IMG/VR virus record: IMGVR_UViG_3300012979_000043 | Location: 5,615 to 69,614 of that record | Strand: one strand, 5' to 3' | Origin: a virus | Lineage: Duplodnaviria > Caudoviricetes | DNA: 64,000 nucleotides | Part shown: one piece after another, positions 21,189-30,385 of the stretch | Layout of the letters: each line of letters starts with the position of its first letter | How positions within the stretch are numbered: position 1 is the first letter of the stretch | Notes under the pieces: generated by a model | Seen by the model: the letters and a program-made list of their open reading frames with translations, nothing else | The model's database searches: none | Told to the model about the DNA's origin: nothing | Position numbers and translations under genes: made by a program

Positions 21189-22330
21189 TATAATTCAACT
21201 CCTTCTGATCTTGCTTTCATAAATACACCATCATACCAAATAAAAATTGAATATCTTTTATTTGAAACAGGAAGTAATGAACCATCAACTATGTCATCCC
21301 CTTTCCATTTGACAGAATCAACCATTGTGAAAGCTGTTGCTGTTTCTCCACTTGTAAAATCAACTTCACAAACAAAATCGGCATCATATGTTGTTGGAAG
21401 CAACAATTCAAGAGTTGCCATTTCATTTCCTCTAAAAATAGTATTATCAACCAATGTTGTTACTTCTGACAATGTTGTTATTGTTGATTTTTCTTCTTTT
21501 AAATTCAAAGCATTTTGAGTTGCAGTTGATATTGGTTTATTTAAATCAGATGTATTATCTACATTTTCAAGACCAAGTTGTGTTTTTGTAACATTATGTG
21601 GATTAGATGTATTTGATGTATGTGTGTCTATTGTGTTTTCATAAGATATATCTGCATAAAGTGTATCTGCAACTGTTTTTGTAGAATAATCAGATGCAGA
21701 TTCAGTGGCCATTGTTCCCAATGATACAACCATATTACTTACAACAGATTTATTATCAATCTTCACATCACTAACTTTACCATTCAAAGCAGTTTGAGTA
21801 GCAGTTGATATTGGTTTATTTAAATCAGATGTATTATCTACATTACCCAATCCAACTTGTTCTTTTGTAACACTATGTGGATTAGATGTATTTGATGTAT
21901 GTGATGTTAAATCACTTGAATTTGCTTTTGATGAAATAGCAGATTCTAACCCATTAATATCACTTTGTTTTAATCCTGTGATTGTATTTTTTGTTGAATC
22001 AATTGTAATACTAGAATTATTATGTGTTAATGTTCCATTTTCAACATAGATAACATCTTTACGAGATATTTCATCCCATGATGTTCCATTCCATGCATAG
22101 TTAATTCCTGTATCTGCAACATCATATGTATCACCAATAGTATTATTTGATTTTGGTAAATTATTTTTTGTTGCAACTTGACCTTTATATGTAAAAACTT
22201 TATCTAATCCCAAGTCACCTAATGTTGTATTTGATGTCAATACAACACCATCAATTGATGGTTTATTTTCAACATCATTATAATCACCTGTTGGTGGTGT
22301 AATGTTTATGTAGAATTCTTTTGTTTCCAT
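21188..22330 (-). CDS. tail fibre-like protein
   Basis: YKGQV...LP...GDTY.V...YAWNG..WD motif; duplicated HTSNTSNPH.VTK.Q.GL.NVDNTSDLNKPISTATQ.AL. Confidence 0.75.
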   Translation of the reverse strand: METKEFYINITPPTGDYNDVENKPSIDGVVLTSNTTLGDLGLDKVFTYKGQVATKNNLPKSNNTIGDTYDVADTGINYAWNGTSWDEISRKDVIYVENGTLTHNNSSITIDSTKNTITGLKQSDINGLESAISSKANSSDLTSHTSNTSNPHSVTKEQVGLGNVDNTSDLNKPISTATQTALNGKVSDVKIDNKSVVSNMVVSLGTMATESASDYSTKTVADTLYADISYENTIDTHTSNTSNPHNVTKTQLGLENVDNTSDLNKPISTATQNALNLKEEKSTITTLSEVTTLVDNTIFRGNEMATLELLLPTTYDADFVCEVDFTSGETATAFTMVDSVKWKGDDIVDGSLLPVSNKRYSIFIWYDGVFMKARSEGVEL

Positions 22331-22332
22331 TA

Positions 22333-22608
22333 TTACACCTCACTAATAACTAAATTAAAACTAACACCTTTAATTAATAATTTTTCACCATCAATTGGTT
22401 TATAATAAATTATTGAACCTTGTGATAATACTGTTCCAAAAAATTCTGGGTTTGTTTCTTTTGATGCTATAAATCTAATTGATGTTGCACCATTATTATA
22501 TATTGAATATTTTTTACCATTTGTTAATGTGCAACCAGCAACATCCACCAATGGTGTCCATTCTTTTAATGGTGTTGTTGAAATATATTCTCCAATTTGT
22601 CCTGCCAT
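22333..22608 (-). CDS. small virion-type protein
   Basis: 91 aa ORF heading the tail operon. Confidence 0.6.
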   Translation of the reverse strand: MAGQIGEYISTTPLKEWTPLVDVAGCTLTNGKKYSIYNNGATSIRFIASKETNPEFFGTVLSQGSIIYYKPIDGEKLLIKGVSFNLVISEV

Positions 22609-22704
22609 TTTTATTTCCTTATTTAAAATGTTTTATGATATACAAACAATTTATATCTATATGATTATTTATTCAATGGCATATTATAGAAAAAGTAATT
22701 AAAC

Positions 22705-23982
22705 CTAAAATATATAATTTTTGGGATATGATATATATGTTTCTAATTCTTTTGCATATTTTAATAATATTTCATCAGAACCAAGTATGTCTTTTTTAAT
22801 ATTATATTCTTCTAATGATACATAATCCAATGTTAATGTCCCGGAAAACTCATTACCATTGAATATAGGAACAATTATTATTGCATCAATTCCTCTTGAT
22901 GTTAAACGTTCAATTAAATTATTATTAAATTTACCAATATCAACAGAAATTATTGTTCCATTCTTTAATAATTCTATTACATCCATTTCTACATTATTTG
23001 GAACATTTTGAATTGTTGATAACATTGGCATTATTCCAGGACTACATACTTCATAAACAGCAGAATGAACATATTCATTATCTGAATTTGTGTAATATTT
23101 CATCAAAGTTGCCCTACTTGCACCAAATTCTGTCATTACACTTGTCAATTTTTCTTTAACAGGATAAACAAATGTTGAATGTGGTGGTTGTAATATATTT
23201 TGTTTCTTTTTACCAATTATATTTCCTTTATATTCAACACCATTTAAATCACCATTTATTATTGCAGTTGTATAAATCATGTTGTTATAACAGTTTGTTA
23301 AATAATTGTTTATTGCAGTAAAAACCAAGTATATACGTGATGTTACATTCAAATTATTAAAAGCACCCTCATTTAAATATCCATCAACAGTTTGATAGAA
23401 TAAATCACTTGAAAATTTTTCATATATGAAAAATTTCTTTAAAAATTCACTTGGTATTTTTTGTTCTATAAGTTCACTATGCTGTTTTATTTCACATTTA
23501 TGTAGATATGTCAACAGTGTAGATCTAACAACATCTAAACTCAAATTTTCAAGTGGGTTTTCTTTCAAGAATAATTCTATATATTCTTTAATTATTTTAA
23601 ATTTTATTATTAATATATCTTTAGCAATATCTTCTTTTGCTTTCATATATTCTGGACTTTCTATATGAACCTTTACCATTGGATATTGATAATTTATGGT
23701 GTTCATTTTTAATGATTTAACACCAACTTCTAACCAAAACTCTAAATCTCTAAAAACTGGATGATTTTTTACATCTAAAATAGTATATTCTTTAACACTA
23801 TTATCAATTCTTTTTGTTATTAATTTTCCAATATATAAAAATATATTATTAATATATGGTTTTAAAAACCACATAATCATCATACCACAAAAAATAAGTA
23901 AAGGAATTCCACCATTTTTTATATCTTCCCATATAACCAACCATCCTGATGTATTAGTAAAATTTTCCATATTGCTATCCAT
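22705..23982 (-). CDS. membrane-anchored protein with C-terminal GAF-like domain (holin/antiholin candidate)
   Basis: N-terminal TM; C-terminal GASRA....SA.YEV..PGI....IIVPIF....GTLTLDY. Confidence 0.55.
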   Translation of the reverse strand: MDSNMENFTNTSGWLVIWEDIKNGGIPLLIFCGMMIMWFLKPYINNIFLYIGKLITKRIDNSVKEYTILDVKNHPVFRDLEFWLEVGVKSLKMNTINYQYPMVKVHIESPEYMKAKEDIAKDILIIKFKIIKEYIELFLKENPLENLSLDVVRSTLLTYLHKCEIKQHSELIEQKIPSEFLKKFFIYEKFSSDLFYQTVDGYLNEGAFNNLNVTSRIYLVFTAINNYLTNCYNNMIYTTAIINGDLNGVEYKGNIIGKKKQNILQPPHSTFVYPVKEKLTSVMTEFGASRATLMKYYTNSDNEYVHSAVYEVCSPGIMPMLSTIQNVPNNVEMDVIELLKNGTIISVDIGKFNNNLIERLTSRGIDAIIIVPIFNGNEFSGTLTLDYVSLEEYNIKKDILGSDEILLKYAKELETYISYPKNYIF

Positions 23983-24023
23983 AGTTTTTATATACTATAT
24001 TTATAGCAATATGGAAATTGAAT

Positions 24024-24491
24024 TTATAATCTTTCTGAGTTTCTTAATGGTGTAATAGATGATAATTGCTTTTGTGCTTTTTCTTGTTTTGTCAGTTTTA
24101 ATTCATCTTTTGAGTAATAATTATTGTTATGATAATTTGATTTATAGTCAAAAAACTCCAATGTTTTATCATTTATGGTTTTTATAACTAAAAGTTTTAA
24201 TTCATATAATAAATTTTCAAAATATGTTTGTTCTAATTCATAATTTATGTGATTATTATTATCTACAATCTGTAACAGCATTATATTACTACAATTATCA
24301 TATGATAAATTATATTCACAATTAATTATATCACTTATTGCTGAATAACAATATGTTTGTAATAAGTTATTCCAATGCTTTGACCATTTTATATCACCCA
24401 ATTTAGTTAATTTAATTACATCATTAATTAATTTTTTTCCATCTTCAGAATAAGAAGATATATATTTGGTTTTGTAATATGTATTTAACAT
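24024..24491 (-). CDS. hypothetical protein
   Basis: 155 aa ORF. Confidence 0.6.
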   Translation of the reverse strand: MLNTYYKTKYISSYSEDGKKLINDVIKLTKLGDIKWSKHWNNLLQTYCYSAISDIINCEYNLSYDNCSNIMLLQIVDNNNHINYELEQTYFENLLYELKLLVIKTINDKTLEFFDYKSNYHNNNYYSKDELKLTKQEKAQKQLSSITPLRNSERL

Positions 24492-24579
24492 TTAATATCC
24501 TTTCTTTTGTGATAAAATGATAATAACATAAAAATTAGCATTTGTCAATCATAAATAAAAATAAAAAAGGTAATATATA

Positions 24580-25104
24580 ATGACAGATAAAGTATTAGAA
24601 TTGTGTGCAAAAGAATTGATGGTATCAGAGGGTGGTTTTACAAATGATCCAAATGATAGGGGTAATTGGACATCTGGTAAAATTGGTGTTGGTGAATTAA
24701 AAGGAACAAAATATGGTATATCTGCAATGGCATATCCATTAGAAGATATTAAAAACATAACACAAGAAAGAGCAATTGAATTGTTTAAAAAAGATTATTG
24801 GGATTTATGTAAATGTGATAAATTACCAGATGCATTGTCAATTGTTGTTTCAGATTGTGCTTATAACTCTGGTTGTACACGTGCAAATAAACTATTACAA
24901 AAATGTCTGAAAGTTTCAGAAGATGGAATTATTGGAAAAATCACATTATCAAAGATTGATGATTTTGATTTAACACATTTAGTAGAAGAATATTCAAAAA
25001 ACAGATTAGATTATCTTCAATCCTTAAAAACATGGAAACGTTATGGAAAAGGATGGAGTAATAGAGTTGAAAAAATAAAAGTTTTAGCATTACAATATGT
25101 GTAA
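24580..25104 (+). CDS. GH108-family lysozyme (endolysin)
   Basis: EGGFTNDPNDRG..T..GTKYGIS, NSG...A.KLLQ, GKGW.NR. Confidence 0.88.
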   Translation: MTDKVLELCAKELMVSEGGFTNDPNDRGNWTSGKIGVGELKGTKYGISAMAYPLEDIKNITQERAIELFKKDYWDLCKCDKLPDALSIVVSDCAYNSGCTRANKLLQKCLKVSEDGIIGKITLSKIDDFDLTHLVEEYSKNRLDYLQSLKTWKRYGKGWSNRVEKIKVLALQYV

Positions 25105-25271
25105 AGATAATAGGGAGTTTTAATTAACTCCCTACCTTTTTTAAGTTTCTTTCTATTATATGCTTTTTTATTTTGCATTACCTTTGGTTTATATAACCCA
25201 TTGGTTAACAAATCAAATGCCATTGGATCTCTTTTCTTAATCTGTTTCTGTTTTTTCATATTCTTCATCAT
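25041..25271 (-). CDS. ArfA-like ribosome rescue peptide
   Basis: KRDPMAFDLLTNGLYKPKVMQNKKAYNRK resembles the ArfA core; hydrophobic tail is encoded beyond an internal hairpin. Confidence 0.5.
   Translation of the reverse strand: MMKNMKKQKQIKKRDPMAFDLLTNGLYKPKVMQNKKAYNRKKLKKGRELIKTPYYLYTYCNAKTFIFSTLLLHPFP
25111..25140. terminator. intrinsic terminator of lysozyme gene, lying inside the ArfA-like ORF
   Basis: TAGGGAGTT-ttaatt-AACTCCCTA then CCTTTTTT on plus strand. Confidence 0.75.
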
Positions 25272-25315
25272 ACTCTCCATTATTTTATAAGGGGATTTTA
25301 TAATCCCCTTATATA

Positions 25316-25531
25316 CTATTTTAATCCAACAACTTTATCCAAATTAATTACTTCCATTGTTTCTGATAATTTGATATTATCTAATTCTTCTTTAGTCATT
25401 TTAGATGCATCAATCAATCCACCCCAAGTTTGTTTTTCAATATTCCAATAACTATCCCAAGGTCTTGTATTATGCTTAATTACAAATTTATCTTGTTTAA
25501 TAAATTCTACACCTGTTGGAAACATACCCAT
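25316..25531 (-). CDS. hypothetical protein
   Basis: 71 aa ORF. Confidence 0.6.
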   Translation of the reverse strand: MGMFPTGVEFIKQDKFVIKHNTRPWDSYWNIEKQTWGGLIDASKMTKEELDNIKLSETMEVINLDKVVGLK

Positions 25532-25534
25532 TTT

Positions 25535-25753
25535 CTATTCTCCTTCTTCTTTAATAGGTTCAACAAATAATTGACTTACTAACTTATTACAAAATTTTTG
25601 TAATAATGCTTTATCTTCCTCAATAATATCATTATAATTTTTATATTTCATCACTGAAATCAATCTTTTGAAACAATGTTCACACATTTCAATATTTTCA
25701 TATGCATATACAGTTTCAACAGATTTATCACACATTTCACATTTTACAGACAT
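25535..25753 (-). CDS. small zinc-finger protein
   Basis: CEMC...CEHC. Confidence 0.6.
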   Translation of the reverse strand: MSVKCEMCDKSVETVYAYENIEMCEHCFKRLISVMKYKNYNDIIEEDKALLQKFCNKLVSQLFVEPIKEEGE

Positions 25754-25816
25754 AATTTAACCCTTTCTTATAATGTTCATATAAATTATTTACCTTATAT
25801 CCATTTTATAAACCAT

Positions 25817-26203
25817 CTAATTTGTATTGTCAATAGATTTTTCATTCTCTAATAAGATTTTTTCTTTTTCTTGTATCTTTAATTCATCCAATGTCCATTC
25901 ATCTGTTAAAATATCATTTTCATTGACTAATATGGATAATTCTGGGACATCAAAATATACCCAATTTTCATTAATTGTTTGAATGGTTTGAACAACACCA
26001 ACAGGTGTCTGTTGAACAATTGGTTTTGTTATAGTTACTGGTGCATCTCTACATTCAATAACAATTGTTCCATCTTCTTCTATTACATATTTTGGTTCTT
26101 TATGTCCATACTTGTAAATATTATCTAACCAATATGGTTCTTTATATGTATTAGGTATAACAACTACCAATTTATTATTTCTTTTTTCAACCTTTATTGT
26201 CAT
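25817..26203 (-). CDS. hypothetical protein
   Basis: 128 aa ORF, ATGA overlap with upstream gene. Confidence 0.6.
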   Translation of the reverse strand: MTIKVEKRNNKLVVVIPNTYKEPYWLDNIYKYGHKEPKYVIEEDGTIVIECRDAPVTITKPIVQQTPVGVVQTIQTINENWVYFDVPELSILVNENDILTDEWTLDELKIQEKEKILLENEKSIDNTN

Positions 26204-26754
26204 TTAATTGCCTCAATATGATTTTTAATTTTTTGTTTTATTTCTTCCAATGTAACTGGTTCAAAATCATTATTATCAACACCAACATCCCAGCAATTTA
26301 TATTTGCTCTTGCTCTTTTAGAAGTTTCTTCTAACAAATGATATGTTCCATGTGTATGACCATATAAGTGATAACTATCATAATAATATCCATTCCATTC
26401 TGAAATTGGAAAGTGAAATAAAACAACTCTATCATCACCATCTTTAACTTCATGATATGTTACAATATCTTGAAAAGATGCTGACTTGTAATAATTATCT
26501 AATCTATCATGATTACCAGCAATAAGTATTTTTTTACCATTTAATTTAGACATTAATTCTTTAATTTGTTTTGAATTAAAACCCCAACAAAAATCACCTA
26601 AAATATATACAGTATCTTCTTCTTTTACTTTATTATTCCATTTATCGATTAACCCTTGTTGCATATCTTCAACTGATGAAAATGGTCTACCTTTTCCAAA
26701 AGTTAAAATGTTTTTATGTCCAAAATGCTGGTCTGATGTATAAAAAATAGTCAT
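26200..26754 (-). CDS. calcineurin-like phosphoesterase
   Basis: SDQHFGH, LGDF, GNHD, HFP, YGHTH, DVGVD. Confidence 0.88.
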   Translation of the reverse strand: MTIFYTSDQHFGHKNILTFGKGRPFSSVEDMQQGLIDKWNNKVKEEDTVYILGDFCWGFNSKQIKELMSKLNGKKILIAGNHDRLDNYYKSASFQDIVTYHEVKDGDDRVVLFHFPISEWNGYYYDSYHLYGHTHGTYHLLEETSKRARANINCWDVGVDNNDFEPVTLEEIKQKIKNHIEAIK

Positions 26755-26824
26755 TTAAATCCTTTCAGTAAAATATAATGTATATTATATAAATGTTATA
26801 TCATATTGTCAATTGAAAAAGAAT

Positions 26825-28147
26825 CTAAATTGATTCTTTTTCAATTTCAATAATATAATTAAAAACTTTATCAGAAATTCCATTGATATGAATAAAACCT
26901 TTTTCATATCCAACACCTTTATTACCATATGGTGCTATATTAATAATATATTTGTTTTTTACAGAACAATCAATTGCACAATCTTGTGTCTGTTCATCTG
27001 TAATCACAATAATTCTATCATATTTACAACTCTTAGTAATATTATCAATAGCATTCCACATATATGTACATCCATGATATTGGGAGTCCCTAATTGATTG
27101 TGCTAGTGCAAATCCACGTCTATTTGGAACTCTGACAACATTATTGGAAAATGTAAAAATATCAATTTCTTCATATAATTCTCTTCCAATCATTGCTAAT
27201 GATTCTGCATAATCAAGTCGTGATGTGAATGCACCATTACTACAACTTGTTTCCATAGATCCAGAAACATCAACTAATATAATTGTTTTTCCATCAATTT
27301 TTGGTTTAATAAATGATTTTAATAATTGATTTTCAATTTCATTTTCATATTTTGGGTTCATTTTTCCACTTCTAATGAAATCAATTGGTAACAATTTATC
27401 ACCATTAATTGTTTTAATTCTATTTTTGATAATATTTACATCAATGCCGACTTTATCCATATTAGAAATATTTTTCAAAAATGCCATATCACCTAATTTA
27501 TTTTTATTCAATAAATTAATCCAAGCATCTTGTTTATTTGATGTTTCTTTGCCAGCAGATGACAATGCAACTTCCCATGTTTCAGCAATTGGTAATGTTC
27601 CATTAATTAATTTATTAATAGCTGTGGTTGATTTTGGATGGCACAAATTTACTACATCTACCAATTTATAATTAGCATCACGATTCCATTTTTGTAATTG
27701 ATATTCATCAAATTTTTCTAATGCCAATGCTATACCTTTTTTCATTTGATTTGGTAGTGGTTTTTTACCATCAATCATATATAATGATATTAACTCACCA
27801 CAATCATCAGGTCTTGTTAAAATTGATGCAATAATATTTTTATTGACAGATTGTCCAGCATTAAATACAGATACAATCATCCACAATGGACAATGCCTTA
27901 ATTTCATATCAAACTTAACTTGTTTGATTAATTCTACAACAGAATCAATTAAATCTTTATCAATACACAGTTTGACAAGTTCCTTGATTCTATCTGTAAT
28001 CTTCTTGCCATTTTCATAAAATTCATCTTCCCACAATAAACAGGACATCACTGACCGTTTTAATTGTTCAAATACATTAATTGTTGATGCTTTACCATTT
28101 TCATATGTTAAGTTTGGTTCTTTTTTTACTGCTTTATTTGTTTTCAT
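26825..28147 (-). CDS. Ro60/TROVE-domain RNA-binding protein (Rsr-like)
   Basis: QLKRSVMSCLLWEDEFYE, LRH.P, RPDD.GE, ETWE..LS, MAFL.N; vWA MIDAS-like DVSGSM and ITDEQ. Confidence 0.92.
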   Translation of the reverse strand: MKTNKAVKKEPNLTYENGKASTINVFEQLKRSVMSCLLWEDEFYENGKKITDRIKELVKLCIDKDLIDSVVELIKQVKFDMKLRHCPLWMIVSVFNAGQSVNKNIIASILTRPDDCGELISLYMIDGKKPLPNQMKKGIALALEKFDEYQLQKWNRDANYKLVDVVNLCHPKSTTAINKLINGTLPIAETWEVALSSAGKETSNKQDAWINLLNKNKLGDMAFLKNISNMDKVGIDVNIIKNRIKTINGDKLLPIDFIRSGKMNPKYENEIENQLLKSFIKPKIDGKTIILVDVSGSMETSCSNGAFTSRLDYAESLAMIGRELYEEIDIFTFSNNVVRVPNRRGFALAQSIRDSQYHGCTYMWNAIDNITKSCKYDRIIVITDEQTQDCAIDCSVKNKYIINIAPYGNKGVGYEKGFIHINGISDKVFNYIIEIEKESI

Positions 28148-28168
28148 ATTCAACACTCCATTATAAGG

Positions 28169-28492
28169 TTAATAACAATCTATCATACCATTAATTTTAA
28201 CAATATCAAAATTAATTGTTACTAAATACAAACCATGACTATAAATTTTATCACAACTTTCTTTAATATCATTTTCTAAATTACTAATGTATTGTAAAAA
28301 GTTATCATATGTAAATGTCTCTGTCTTTGTTTCAAAAATGGTATTCGTTTCATCATTTAATGTGAATCCTCTTTTGTAACAAAATTCTTCAACAGATTTA
28401 TATTCAGAATATGGATTTCTATCCTTAAACCAAATATCATTAATGTCTGGTTTTCTATATACTGCTTTAATGTTAACAACAATACTAATCAT
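28169..28492 (-). CDS. hypothetical protein
   Basis: 107 aa ORF immediately upstream of Ro60. Confidence 0.6.
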   Translation of the reverse strand: MISIVVNIKAVYRKPDINDIWFKDRNPYSEYKSVEEFCYKRGFTLNDETNTIFETKTETFTYDNFLQYISNLENDIKESCDKIYSHGLYLVTINFDIVKINGMIDCY

Positions 28493-28548
28493 AATAACCT
28501 CTCTTTCATAATAGATAATATATCATAATTGGAATGATATGTCAACAA

Positions 28549-28576
28549 AAAACCCCATACTAAAAGTATGGGGTTT
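28549..28576 (-). terminator. intrinsic terminator after the Y RNA
   Basis: AAACCCCATACT-ttt-AGTATGGGGTTTT. Confidence 0.7.
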
Positions 28577-28598
28577 AATATATCTGAGAGGAACACTT

Positions 28599-28706
28599 AA
28601 AAAGATTAATTAACGCACTCTACTGCTGAGTTATCTTATATAATCCAATATAAGAGTTGGAATTGCACCAACGACCACGAGATTACCAATCTATGTAAAT
28701 CTTTTT
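28599..28706 (-). ncRNA. YrlA-like Y RNA (circularly permuted tRNA mimic)
   Basis: Order T arm (GTTGG-TGCAATT-CCAAC), closed acceptor hairpin (TCTTATA/TATAAGA), D arm (ACTC-AGCAGTA-GAGT), closed by AAAAAGATT/AATCTTTTT; about 450 nt upstream of Ro60. Confidence 0.8.
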
Positions 28707-29106
28707 ATCACCATCTCATATAATACTTATTTTATCTGTGGGGAATACTATATTAGACTATTATTATTTTGCAAAACTAAGTAAGTCTAATAATCACCAC
28801 CACAATATCTTTAATATAATTAATAATACTATATAATAATATTATTATCAATATTAAAAATGTTGTTTTTTTATATTTGGAAAACAACAAAAAACCAATT
28901 ATATTACTAACCATTTTAGTAATTTTTGTTGGTTTGGTAATGCCTTCTTATGGTCTTATGCATTTTTTGACCAATTAACTAACTAGAGCGTCCTCTATAT
29001 TAGAACCAACATGTTTATAGTTATGTACACATTATAAACATTTATATCACATAAGGATATATTAAAGAATAATACATCAAGTATATATTCTTATATCCTA
29101 TTTATC

Positions 29107-29178
29107 TGCATCTATTAGTTTCTGGAATCAATCCTTACTTATAATTCTTACCACGTAAAGGTTAGATGCACAAGAATC
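29107..29178 (-). ncRNA. HDV-like (theta-type) ribozyme Rz1
   Basis: P1 GATTCTT/AAGAATT, P2 TGCATCTA/TAGATGCA, P3 ACC/GGT, L3 TTTACGT, J4/2 GAAACTAA. Confidence 0.8.
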
Positions 29179-29377
29179 AAAAGAAACTTAACCTATTTCT
29201 TTAAGAGTGTTGTTCACACAAGGCATAGAGGACTACTATGATTACCCATTATTTGTAGAATATTGAAAGGAAATAAATGTATATTCTACTATTATCAAAG
29301 TATATTTAACTCTATTCACGACTCAATACTATTGCCGACCCAAACAGATATCAGGTTACAAAAAACATTCCTTTATT
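29179..29377 (-). ncRNA. unassigned structured RNA ending at the Rz1 cleavage site
   Basis: Own promoter; ends pair (TAACCT/AGGTTA); internal stems GGCAATAG/CTATGCC and GTAGAATA/TATTCTAC; no ORF. Confidence 0.45.
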
Positions 29378-29383
29378 AATTAT

Positions 29384-29412
29384 ATAATACCATACTATAT
29401 TTACAATGTCAA
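29384..29412 (-). promoter_or_regulatory. sigma70-type promoter
   Basis: TTGACA-17 nt-TATTAT. Confidence 0.7.
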
Positions 29413-29641
29413 TATTTTTTTACTTTTTTACGGATTCATCATCCAACCTAATTCATCATTAGGAAAAGCACTTTAACATCTCACATCACATACGTGTTCG
29501 TAAATTGGTTTTGTTATATGTATTGCTGTTCATATAACCACCTTTTGTATGCTATCAGAAAGGAAGAAACAAATGTAGAGTGTAAGCAATTATTTACTCG
29601 TCAGTTTCTATTCCTAATAGGTGCTGTCCATTACATTTATC

Positions 29642-29670
29642 TTTATATCATATCTTATTTACAATGTCAA
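29642..29670 (-). promoter_or_regulatory. sigma70-type promoter
   Basis: AAAATAGTTC TTGACA-17 nt-TATAAA. Confidence 0.75.
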
Positions 29671-29680
29671 GAACTATTTT

Positions 29681-30043
29681 TTAAATTAAACCACATTTTT
29701 GAAAAGTAGGTTCAAATACTTCATAAAAATATTCATAATCATCCTCATCTGTATCAGATTTAATAAGTTCAATCAATCCATTAATTGCCTTAATTGCATC
29801 ATCAAGTGTTTCAATGGCAAAACGTTCACCCTCATCTTCATAATCATCATAATCATCTTCATATTCTGAATCTCTATATGAATCACGTTGGTCACCTCGT
29901 GGGTCTAATTGTCCTTCTGTGCCAAAAACATCAGATTCTAATAAATCATCAAAAGCATTATTTAATGGTTGAATTACATTATTATCTTTTGTTGCTTTAA
30001 TATATTCAACAACAGCATCTAATTTTGAAATTAATTTTTCCAT
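29681..30043 (-). CDS. hypothetical acidic protein
   Basis: 120 aa; SDVFGTEGQLDPRGDQRD motif. Confidence 0.7.
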   Translation of the reverse strand: MEKLISKLDAVVEYIKATKDNNVIQPLNNAFDDLLESDVFGTEGQLDPRGDQRDSYRDSEYEDDYDDYEDEGERFAIETLDDAIKAINGLIELIKSDTDEDDYEYFYEVFEPTFQKCGLI

Positions 30044-30055
30044 AAAATATCCCCT

Positions 30056-30220
30056 CTACTTATAATTTTCCACTAATTCTTTTAATTCATAAAACTTTTG
30101 AGATAAAGTCCATGCATCATCCCGACTATCTTCAAACACAATATCCAATGTTGGTAATGCCATTTCTACAAAATCTATTGCTGTTTGAACTATTTGCTCT
30201 TTAATTAATTCTTTATCCAT
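30056..30220 (-). CDS. small hypothetical protein (54 aa, below the ORF-track cut-off)
   Basis: MDKELIKEQIVQTAIDFVEMALP...YK*, GGAG SD. Confidence 0.6.
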   Translation of the reverse strand: MDKELIKEQIVQTAIDFVEMALPTLDIVFEDSRDDAWTLSQKFYELKELVENYK

Positions 30221-30286
30221 AATATATCTCCTTCTTTAACAAAAAGTAGTATATAGGAATAATTATAATATGTCAATTGTTATTTT

Positions 30287-30370
30287 TGGTGACCAAGGAG
30301 AGATTTGAACTCTCACACTTTTCAGTAATGGCTTCTAAGACCATCGTGTCTACCATTCCACCACTTGGCC
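30287..30370 (-). tRNA. tRNA-Leu(TAG)
   Basis: Cloverleaf, anticodon loop CT-TAG-AA, long variable arm, CCA. Confidence 0.93.
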
Positions 30371-30385
30371 AATGAATGTTTGAAC

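Noticed and set aside
28735-28960. Hairpins and GGTTTTTTGTTGTTT shared with 30850-30880
   Set aside because: Low-complexity match with no recognisable fold; insufficient support
29560-29640. CTGACGA motif suggesting a hammerhead or twister ribozyme
   Set aside because: No GAAA after the would-be stem II and no twister pseudoknot elements
30041-30058. TAG of 30056..30220 is in frame with the next gene's ATG (possible readthrough)
   Set aside because: One-in-three chance; the intervening bases form the SD (GAGGGG) of the downstream gene
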